This document shows, one piece after another, positions 1 through 7,428 of a DNA stretch of 27,092 nt. The position numbers and the translations under genes were made by a program. Under the pieces are notes generated by a model that saw only the letters and a list, made by a program, of their open reading frames with translations, had not been told where the DNA came from and ran no database searches. The DNA comes from a virus (taxonomy: Duplodnaviria; Caudoviricetes), in IMG/VR virus record IMGVR_UViG_3300007974_000850, positions 1 through 27,092 of that record. One strand, given 5' to 3'. Numbering within the stretch: position 1 is the first letter of the stretch; each line of letters begins with the position of its first letter.

Positions 1-1423
1 AAAGCAAGGCAAAGTCGCCATCGGAATCATCTATGGTGGCTTCGAACCCGACTTCGTATTCTCCCTTCTCGCATTGAAATCTTGGGATCACAAAAGCGAC
101 GGCCATTTAGACCACGCCGGCTGGATGATCGCCCAAGCCGGAACCAACCTCCCCCAACAGAGAAACTCTGTCGTCCGAACCTTCCTCGAGGGTGACGCCG
201 AGTGGCTGCTGTTTATCGACACCGACCAGCGTTTCCGCTTCGACCTCGTCGACGTCATGCTGGAATCCGCCGACCCAATCGAACGCCCCATCCTGTCGGC
301 GCTCATCATGGCCGAAAAGTGGAATCCTCATCATCGAATCGTTCCGGCCTGCATCGGCTTCGAAACATTGGATCCGCCCACACCACGCGAATATCAGACA
401 ATCCCACCTGAGCAGCATTGGCAGGTCGGTGCTGTCGGCTCCGGCTGTGTCCTACTGCACCGAACAGTCCTCCAAAAGATTTGGGACGCCAACCGGAAAG
501 ACGCTCAGCCTTGGTTCAAATATGTTCAGTGGGACTACACCGACCCAGAAACTGGCGAAGAAATCCACGACATCATGGGCGAAGACTATGTGTTCAGTCT
601 GCGCGCGCAGGCGGTCGGCTTTCCTTGCATTGTTGACACCACCATCGAAGTCGGCCACATCAAAAAGCGGACACTCACCACTCGAGACTTCTGGCCGCAA
701 GTACCGCCCGAACTGGTCCCCACCAAAAACTTTGTTCTAGTGCCAGTCAAAGACAATCTCAAAATGACGAAGGCACTTCTACGGCAGCTGCACGACCAAG
801 GCGAACACGACGGCATCCTTGTTCTAGACAACGGCTCCAACCCTGAGACCGTGAAATGGTTGGGATCTCAAACCTTCGCCAAGGTGATGGACTGTGAAGG
901 AATGGGGATCCACGAAATGTGGAATCTCGGAGCGACATGGGCGATGAACCGCCACCACAAATGCAACATCGCTTTCCTCAACAACGACATCATCATCGGC
1001 GACAAGTTCATTTCGACGATGGCGGCAGGGTTACGTTCCGACCATCAGATGGTGGCGATCTGCCCCAACTATGACGGCCGAGAAACAGTGGAAACCGTGG
1101 TCCAACTCCACGGGATCTGTGCCGACCGTTATGACGGCACAGGCGGCCTCGCCGGCTTCGCTTTCATGGTGAAGTCGGAATGGTTCCAAGAAGGCTGGCG
1201 TTTCCCCGAAGACTGCAAATGGTGGTTCGGAGACAACGACCTCGTCCTCTCTGTTGACATGGCCGGCGCCTGGTATGGCATGGCAACTCAAACGACAGTG
1301 GAACACATTGACGGAGGCTCGAAGACTGGCAACTGGGAAGACCCAGTGATGCAGCAGCAGCTCGCGATGGACAAGGCCGCTTTCATGCGCCGTTGGGCGA
1401 GACATGGGGTGCAAGTTCAATGA
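1..1423 (+). CDS. Two-domain GT-A (GT2-like) glycosyltransferase, 5'-truncated by window edge
   Basis: Frame is open from base 2 (KQGKVAIGIIYGG...), so the true start lies upstream. Domain 1: RN..V..FL..DAEWLLFIDTD...GSGCVLLHR...GEDYVF. Domain 2: LVPVKDN...LVLDNGS...AFLNNDII...WWFGDNDL. Confidence 0.85.
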   Translation, partial: KQGKVAIGIIYGGFEPDFVFSLLALKSWDHKSDGHLDHAGWMIAQAGTNLPQQRNSVVRTFLEGDAEWLLFIDTDQRFRFDLVDVMLESADPIERPILSALIMAEKWNPHHRIVPACIGFETLDPPTPREYQTIPPEQHWQVGAVGSGCVLLHRTVLQKIWDANRKDAQPWFKYVQWDYTDPETGEEIHDIMGEDYVFSLRAQAVGFPCIVDTTIEVGHIKKRTLTTRDFWPQVPPELVPTKNFVLVPVKDNLKMTKALLRQLHDQGEHDGILVLDNGSNPETVKWLGSQTFAKVMDCEGMGIHEMWNLGATWAMNRHHKCNIAFLNNDIIIGDKFISTMAAGLRSDHQMVAICPNYDGRETVETVVQLHGICADRYDGTGGLAGFAFMVKSEWFQEGWRFPEDCKWWFGDNDLVLSVDMAGAWYGMATQTTVEHIDGGSKTGNWEDPVMQQQLAMDKAAFMRRWARHGVQVQ

Positions 1424-2052
1424 TCCCGAAACTGGCGCTCATGGTCATCACTGACGGCCGCTGGGATTATCTGCAACGCACCCTCGAGTCCGCTGCTGTA
1501 GCTCTTGACTGGCCGTGGCATCAAAAGATTCTGGTGGACGACTCAGGCGAAGAAAAAGGTTTCTGTCCGGATGGCTTCGAGTTTGTGAAGAACACGCCTC
1601 GACGGGGTTTGGCCGGTGCCATTCAATCCGGCTGGGACGCTTTAGAGAAAGACATCGACTATGTCTTCCACCTCGAAGACGACTTCATCTTCCCAGACGT
1701 GGTCGACATTGAACTGATGATTGAGATTCTCGAGTACGAACCGGAACTCGCCCAGGTTGCTTTGCTTCGCCAGCCGTGGTCGCCGGAGGAGCAGCAGGCC
1801 GGCGGCATTTACTCAATCGAACCTGAGCGCTTCAAACAAAAATACGGATTCGTCCAGCAGTCACATCTCTTCACTTTCAACCCTTGCCTGTACCCCATAG
1901 GTGTCGCACGCGACTACCGGGCAGGGTTAGAAGCCGAACTCACTGCTGATCTGTTGGCGGATGACTGGCGTTTCGGCTATCTCGGCGAACTAGGCGACGA
2001 GCCGAAAACCATTCACATCGGGATCCGACGTTCACGGAACTACCAACTATGA
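1420..2052 (+). CDS. GT-A fold glycosyltransferase
   Basis: ATG at 1420 overlaps upstream TGA (ATGA). Motifs: ITDGRWDYLQRTLES, ILVDDSG, YVFHLEDDF (DxD-like). Confidence 0.8.
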   Translation: MIPKLALMVITDGRWDYLQRTLESAAVALDWPWHQKILVDDSGEEKGFCPDGFEFVKNTPRRGLAGAIQSGWDALEKDIDYVFHLEDDFIFPDVVDIELMIEILEYEPELAQVALLRQPWSPEEQQAGGIYSIEPERFKQKYGFVQQSHLFTFNPCLYPIGVARDYRAGLEAELTADLLADDWRFGYLGELGDEPKTIHIGIRRSRNYQL

Positions 2053-2627
2053 GTCCAGTGGTGATTCTTTGCGCTGGTGGTCATGGTCAAGACATCGCCG
2101 CCATCTTGAAAGATTCCGGCCAACCCTTCGCCGGATATTTGGACGACGAAATCGACGGCCCCGACATTCTCGGCCCATGCCTCGACCTCGAGTTGTATGA
2201 CCGCTACCTCATCGGACACAACAACAGCCGAATCCGAGAAGCCTTAGACAGACCAAACGGAGCGGCCACAGCCATCCACCCCTCAGCAGCCGTTCATTCG
2301 ACCCTACAAGCCCTCCCCGGTGTCGTAATAGGCGCACACACCACTATCGGCCCCAAAACCCGTCTAGGGCGACACAGCCACATCAACGGAAACGTCTTCA
2401 TCACACGCGCCCAAATCGGCGACTTCGTCACCATCGGACCAGGGGCCACGATCTGTGGTCACGTCACCATCGGAGCCGGCGCCCAAATCGGAGCAGGAGC
2501 CGTCATCTCCAACCTCGCCGAAATCGGCCCACGAGCAACCATCGGCGCCGGAACAGTGGTCCTCCCCCGACAGAACATTCCACCCAACTCCACATGGGTT
2601 GGCGTACCAGCCAGGAGAATCAAATGA
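2049..2627 (+). CDS. PglD/NeuD-like sugar acyltransferase (Rossmann-like N-terminus plus left-handed beta-helix)
   Basis: N-terminal ILCAGGHG...GYLDD, TAIHPSA, many hexapeptide IGxxxx repeats, C-terminal WVGVPARRIK. Confidence 0.88.
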   Translation: MSPVVILCAGGHGQDIAAILKDSGQPFAGYLDDEIDGPDILGPCLDLELYDRYLIGHNNSRIREALDRPNGAATAIHPSAAVHSTLQALPGVVIGAHTTIGPKTRLGRHSHINGNVFITRAQIGDFVTIGPGATICGHVTIGAGAQIGAGAVISNLAEIGPRATIGAGTVVLPRQNIPPNSTWVGVPARRIK

Positions 2628-3367
2628 GCGTGGTTGCCATCACCATGGTTCGCGATGAAGAAGACATCATCGACTGGACACTCCAACACCTACTCGACCA
2701 AGGGGTCGACCACATCATCGTCGCCGACAACCTTTCCGTCGACGAAACCGCTTGGAAACTTGCAGCCCTCGCCAGCACAGGAAAAGTCACAGTCATCCAA
2801 GACGACGAACCCGGCTACTACCAAGACAAGAAAATGACCGACCTAGCCCACATGGCGGCCGCCGACTTCGACGCCGAATGGATCCTCCCATTTGACGCCG
2901 ACGAATACTTCTACTGGACCGGCGGAACCCTCGCCGAGTTCTTCAGCAAAGCAACCGCCGACATCATCACCGCCACCGGCTGGGACCACATCGTCACCGA
3001 CGACGACGACCCCACCGAAACTTCACCATTCCGACGAATCACCCATCGCCGGCTAAGCCCACAGAAAATGGGCAAAGTCGCTTTCCGCTACCACCCAGAC
3101 ATCCACATCGACTTCGGAAATCACTTCATCTTCAACCATCCCGGCCTTCACGCCCAAGCACTCAATTACCGCCACTACCAATACCGCTCCTTCGAACAGC
3201 TCGTCACCAAAGCCCGAAACGGACTAGCCGCCTACCAAGCCACCAACCTCCACCCCACCTACGGGGCGCACTGGCGGCAACTCGGCGAATACGACGACGC
3301 CATGCTTTGGGCCACCTGGCGGAAACTTTGTGAAGAAAACGGCCTCATCTACGATCCCGCCCCATGA
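2624..3367 (+). CDS. Glycosyltransferase family 2 (Glyco_tranf_2_4-like)
   Basis: ATG at 2624 (ATGA overlap). Motifs: TMVRDEEDII..L.HL..QGVDHIIVADNLSVDET, WILPFDADE, HYQYRSFEQ. Confidence 0.88.
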   Translation: MSVVAITMVRDEEDIIDWTLQHLLDQGVDHIIVADNLSVDETAWKLAALASTGKVTVIQDDEPGYYQDKKMTDLAHMAAADFDAEWILPFDADEYFYWTGGTLAEFFSKATADIITATGWDHIVTDDDDPTETSPFRRITHRRLSPQKMGKVAFRYHPDIHIDFGNHFIFNHPGLHAQALNYRHYQYRSFEQLVTKARNGLAAYQATNLHPTYGAHWRQLGEYDDAMLWATWRKLCEENGLIYDPAP

Positions 3368-4038
3368 CCATCGCCGTCATCATCCCCACCTACAACCGAA
3401 TCGAACTTACCCAAAACTGTCTCGCCTCAATCCAACGCCACGACCCTGTCGACGAAATCATCATCATCGACAACGGATCCACCGACGGCAGTGAACGCCT
3501 CGCCACCCACTCACTGAAAATCAACACAGGCTTCGCGACCGCCTGCAACATCGGCGCACGCCACGCCACGGCCGACCATCTCATCTTCCTCAACAACGAC
3601 ACCATCGTCCATCCCAACTGGACCTCCATCACCCGACACCTCGAGGAACCAGACATCGGGATCGTCGGACCTAAACTTATTTACCCAGACTGCACAATCC
3701 AATCAGCGGGAATAGCAGTCGACTTCACCCGCCCACCAGGACTCGAAGCATGGAACCTGAACACCAACTGGGCTGAAACACTCGCCGACGTTGACGCTAT
3801 CACCGGCGCCTGTCTCGCCATAAGCCGGCAACTCTTCACCGACCTCGGAGGTTTCGACACCGGCTTCTGGAACGGCTACGAAGACGTCGACCTCTGTCTG
3901 GCATCCATCGCAAAAGGCTTCCGTAACGTCTACGATCCACAAGCAACTGTGACGCACCTGGAGTCTCAATCCGGCGCTGAACGCTGGTCAGCAGTCAACG
4001 ACAACATCATCCGACTCCGAACAAAATGGAGCCAATAA
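3364..4038 (+). CDS. Glycosyltransferase family 2 (WbbL/rhamnosyltransferase-like)
   Basis: VIIPTYN, IIDNGSTDGS, GFATACNIGA, FLNNDT, TGACLAI, GGFD.GF..GYEDVDLC, HLES.S. Confidence 0.9.
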   Translation: MTIAVIIPTYNRIELTQNCLASIQRHDPVDEIIIIDNGSTDGSERLATHSLKINTGFATACNIGARHATADHLIFLNNDTIVHPNWTSITRHLEEPDIGIVGPKLIYPDCTIQSAGIAVDFTRPPGLEAWNLNTNWAETLADVDAITGACLAISRQLFTDLGGFDTGFWNGYEDVDLCLASIAKGFRNVYDPQATVTHLESQSGAERWSAVNDNIIRLRTKWSQ

Positions 4039-4670
4039 TGGCAATCATCAACGGCTACATCACCCTCAACGAGTTCAAGGCGTACCTGTTCCCTTCAGCG
4101 AACTACGGCACAGCTGAAGACGCCCAAATGGAAGGCGCCATCGAAGCAGCGTCACGGATCATCGACAACTTCACCAACCGACGCTTCTACCTCGACGCCT
4201 CAGTGTCTGCGCGCGTCTACTACTCCGACACGCCCATCCGATGCACAGTCGACGACTTCTCCACCATCACCGGCCTCATCATCAAAGTCGACACAGGCGA
4301 CAACGGAACCTTCGACCAAACATGGGCAGCCACCGAATACATCCTCGAGCCACTCAACGCCGAAATCGGTGGCGTATCCAGCCAGCCCTACAACGTCATC
4401 ATCGCCACCATCCCCAAACTCTTTCCGGTAACCGGTCGACGCCCCCGAATCCAAGTCACCGCCAAATGGGGCTGGGCAGCAGTCCCACACTCAATCGAAC
4501 AAGCCTGCCTCATCCAAGCCGCCCGCCTCTACCGACGCGCGCAAACCCCAGAAGGCTTCGCTGCTGGTGAAGGCTTCGGAGCGATCCGAGTTTCAACCCT
4601 CGTCGACCCAGACGTCAAAATGCTTATCTCCCCATTCCGCCTTCGAGGCCAAGGACTGGTCATCGGATGA
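4038..4670 (+). CDS. Head-to-tail adaptor/connector
   Basis: ATG at 4038 (TAATG overlap). NGYITLNEFKAYL, IEAASRIIDNFTNRRF, VTAKWGWAAVP..IEQACLIQAARLY, DPDVKMLISPFR resemble actinophage adaptors. Confidence 0.85.
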   Translation: MAIINGYITLNEFKAYLFPSANYGTAEDAQMEGAIEAASRIIDNFTNRRFYLDASVSARVYYSDTPIRCTVDDFSTITGLIIKVDTGDNGTFDQTWAATEYILEPLNAEIGGVSSQPYNVIIATIPKLFPVTGRRPRIQVTAKWGWAAVPHSIEQACLIQAARLYRRAQTPEGFAAGEGFGAIRVSTLVDPDVKMLISPFRLRGQGLVIG

Positions 4671-5062
4671 ACCTGGCATCAGTACGCGCAGGCATCAGCG
4701 ACACCCTCCAAAACGTCAACAACCTCCGAATCTACGAATGGATCCCATCAACGATTCAACCGCCAGCAGCTGTCGTTTCACTTGGGACCGGCCAATACGA
4801 CGCCGACTTCAACGACGGAATGGTTGTCAACTATGGCGTCCTCGTCATGCTCACCAGGGCAGACGACCAACACGGACAAGAACGACTCGACGAGTTCCTC
4901 GGACAAGGCAACGACTCCGTCTACCACGTCGTCGACGCCAACCCCACCCTCAACGGATCCTGTGACTCGGCACGCGTCACCTCATGGAATAACCCCGGCA
5001 CCTTCAGTATCGGCGGCATCGAATATCTAGGTGTCGAAGTGAACATCGAGGTTCTCGGCTAA
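4667..5062 (+). CDS. Tail terminator / tail completion protein
   Basis: 131 aa, located after the adaptor. Pattern of P..I.PPAAVV, LDEFL...S..., D.TL.G. Confidence 0.65.
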   Translation: MNLASVRAGISDTLQNVNNLRIYEWIPSTIQPPAAVVSLGTGQYDADFNDGMVVNYGVLVMLTRADDQHGQERLDEFLGQGNDSVYHVVDANPTLNGSCDSARVTSWNNPGTFSIGGIEYLGVEVNIEVLG

Positions 5063-6097
5063 GTGAGAATCCTGACAGTAGAACCCGGCCCAGCATTCTC
5101 CGTCGCAGACGTCCACAACGGATGGCTCAAAGCCTTCCGACGAACCGGCAATCAAACCCAAAACTTCAACCTCGCCGACCGAATCAACTTCAGCGAAAAC
5201 GCCATCAGAGGCAAAGTCCCTGAACTAGAGAAAGCCCACATGGCAGCGCGCATGGTCGGCGAACAACTCCGAGCCACCTGCTTCGACTTCTGGCCCGACC
5301 TAGTCGTCATCACCTCCGCCTTCCTGGTACCACCCGAAACCTTCGACATCATCCGCTCACGAGGAATCCGAATAGCAGTCATCCTCACAGAATCCCCCTA
5401 CGAAGACCCATCACAGCAACCAATCGCAGCTCGAGCCGACATTGCATTCATCAACGACCCAAGCAACCTCGACACCTTCCGCCTCACACAACCCAACACC
5501 TTCTACAGTCCTCAGGCATACGATCCTGAAATCCACTACCGACGAGAACCCCAAGCAGACCTACGCTCCGACTTCGCTTGGGTAGGAACCGCCTTCCCAT
5601 CGCGAATCGCCTTCTTCGAACAAGTCGACTGGACCAACATTGAAGTCGCTTTCGCCGGCAACTGGCAAGACCTCGACGATCACTCCCCACTGCAACAATT
5701 CCTCATCCACCAACCCGAAGGCTGCTTCCCGAACGAAGACGCCGCCGACCTTTACTCATCCACCAACGCCTCCGCCAACCTTTACCGAAAAGAAGGCGCC
5801 GACGGCTTCGACAAAGGATGGGCAATGGGGCCTCGAGAAATAGAACTCGCAGCCACCGGAACCTTCTTCCTCCGAGAATCACGCCCAGAATCCGACCATG
5901 TTCTTTCAATGCTTCCATCATTCACAACCCCCGAAGAGTTCGGTGAGAAACTAAGATGGTGGCTCGCACATCCCGACAAACGCCAAGACGCCGCTCTGAA
6001 AGCGCGAACCGCGATAGCCGACCGAACCTTCGACAATAATGTCCGGCATATGCTGGATTGTGTCTCAGCTCTTCCGACAACCCTGACGAGTCGTTAG
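5063..6097 (+). CDS. CgeB-like GT-B glycosyltransferase (Glyco_trans_1_2-like C-terminus)
   Basis: GTG immediately after TAA. Motifs: TESPYE, PQAYDPEIH, SDFAWVGT, GPREIELAATGTFFL, FTTPEEFGEKLRWWLAHPDKR. Confidence 0.82.
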   Translation: MRILTVEPGPAFSVADVHNGWLKAFRRTGNQTQNFNLADRINFSENAIRGKVPELEKAHMAARMVGEQLRATCFDFWPDLVVITSAFLVPPETFDIIRSRGIRIAVILTESPYEDPSQQPIAARADIAFINDPSNLDTFRLTQPNTFYSPQAYDPEIHYRREPQADLRSDFAWVGTAFPSRIAFFEQVDWTNIEVAFAGNWQDLDDHSPLQQFLIHQPEGCFPNEDAADLYSSTNASANLYRKEGADGFDKGWAMGPREIELAATGTFFLRESRPESDHVLSMLPSFTTPEEFGEKLRWWLAHPDKRQDAALKARTAIADRTFDNNVRHMLDCVSALPTTLTSR

Positions 6098-6133
6098 AAA
6101 AACCCCAAACCCCAACTCCACAAGGAGAAACCA

Positions 6134-6538
6134 ATGGCACGTCGCCACGGCCGTAACGGCCGCCTTTACCTCGGAATCGCTACAAGTGCAGCGGCTCCCT
6201 CATCTGTAGCATTCCTGAAGCAGTGGTCCGGAGAGTTCGGCAGCGACACAGTTGAAGTCACCTCATTTGGTGACGCAAACAAAATCTATGTCTCCGGCCT
6301 TCCTGACGCTCAGGGCAGCTTCTCCGGCTACTTCGACGATGCGACTGCCCAGTCGTACACCGCCGCAGTTGACGGTGACGCCCGCAAGTTCTACCTGTAC
6401 CCAGACATCACCAACGCCCCGAACGTCTACTGGTACGGAACTGGCTTCTTCGACTTCTCCGTCGACGCCCCTGTCGATGGTGCCATCACCATTTCTGGCA
6501 GCTGGCGCGCAGGCAGCACAGTCGCAAAGAACGGCTAA
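6134..6538 (+). CDS. Major tail (tube) protein
   Basis: Strong RBS (AAGGAG) after an unstructured A/C leader. HGRNG, DTVEVTSFGD.NKIYVSGLPD.QGSFSGYFD motif typical of siphovirus tube proteins. Confidence 0.85.
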   Translation: MARRHGRNGRLYLGIATSAAAPSSVAFLKQWSGEFGSDTVEVTSFGDANKIYVSGLPDAQGSFSGYFDDATAQSYTAAVDGDARKFYLYPDITNAPNVYWYGTGFFDFSVDAPVDGAITISGSWRAGSTVAKNG

Positions 6539-6969
6539 TGGCCGTTGGGTCTGGGGTTTATGTCAGCAACTTGGCCGAGGTCCGGAAGTATCTTCGAAAG
6601 ATACATCCGGACCTCGTCCCCGTACTGCGCGACGACCTCAAAACCGCGATCATCCTCAACACTCTTCCAGCGATCATTCGAAGAGTTCCAAGAAAATCCG
6701 GTTACGCCCAATTCACCATCAAAGCCCGCTCAGGCGGGAACACGCTTTACGTCATAGCAGGCGGCCCATCATCGGTAGCCCCCTACTTTGGCTGGCTGGA
6801 CTTTGGTGGCACATTGAAAAACCGTGGTCCTGGTAGAAATCAAACGATCGTCCGACCCATCTTGAAAAAGGGTCGCTACGTTTATCCTGGCATCATGGAA
6901 ACACAAAACCGACTTGTAGAGGCCGCTGGCCGAGCAGTCGACAAAGCAGTCCAATCCGCCCTCAGATAA
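6538..6969 (+). CDS. HK97 gp10-like neck/tail-completion protein
   Basis: Basic 143 aa protein with VPRKSG...I, PYFGWLDFGG, GRYVYP. Confidence 0.65.
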   Translation: MAVGSGVYVSNLAEVRKYLRKIHPDLVPVLRDDLKTAIILNTLPAIIRRVPRKSGYAQFTIKARSGGNTLYVIAGGPSSVAPYFGWLDFGGTLKNRGPGRNQTIVRPILKKGRYVYPGIMETQNRLVEAAGRAVDKAVQSALR

Positions 6970-6982
6970 GGAACAGCCCGCC

Positions 6983-7276
6983 ATGTTCGCAAAATACAAA
7001 ATCACTCACCTCGACGGAACTGTCATCGAAGCAGCAGGCCGCAAGGTCGACGCCGTCAAGTTCGAACGTCAATTCAAAATGCCTGTCTCCAGCCTGTTTG
7101 GAGACGATGGCATTTACACCGAACATCTGTGGTATTTCGGATGGTGTGCCGAAAAACGTGTCAACGCTGACCTTCCAGTCTTCGATGACTGGATTGAAAC
7201 TGTTGAAGGCGTTGACATTGTCACGGAAGAAGAAGAAGAAACCCCTACGGACCCGAGTTCTTCACCCTCGCTGTAG
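6983..7276 (+). CDS. Tail assembly chaperone (G-type)
   Basis: Between tube/neck genes and tape measure. D.VKFERQF motif and an acidic C-terminus ending ETPTDPSSSPSL. Confidence 0.75.
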   Translation: MFAKYKITHLDGTVIEAAGRKVDAVKFERQFKMPVSSLFGDDGIYTEHLWYFGWCAEKRVNADLPVFDDWIETVEGVDIVTEEEEETPTDPSSSPSL

Positions 7277-7419
7277 CAGCGATGGCGATTGACTCGGGGA
7301 TCCCAATGTCCGTACTTTTAGAGGAACCCGACCACTACCTCGACGCTATGTTCGAAGTTCAAACGAGACGCCGAGAATCCGCCGAATACGGGTCGGATGC
7401 TAAGCGTTGGGATGAGTGA
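7240..7419 (+). CDS. Tail assembly chaperone extension (T-type), probably reached by -1 frameshift
   Basis: The -1 frame from GAAACCCCT (7238-7246) reads NPYGPEFFTLAVAAMAIDSGIPMSVLLEEPDHYLDAMFEVQTRRRESAEYGSDAKRWDE* and fills the gap up to the TMP gene. Not in the supplied ORF track. Confidence 0.65.
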   Translation, partial: NPYGPEFFTLAVAAMAIDSGIPMSVLLEEPDHYLDAMFEVQTRRRESAEYGSDAKRWDE

Positions 7420-7428
7420 GGAAAACCG

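Noticed and set aside
1-6097. Host capsule/LPS locus flanking a prophage
   Set aside because: The GT genes are translationally coupled to and interleaved with phage structural genes. No flippase, polymerase or nucleotide-sugar genes are present.
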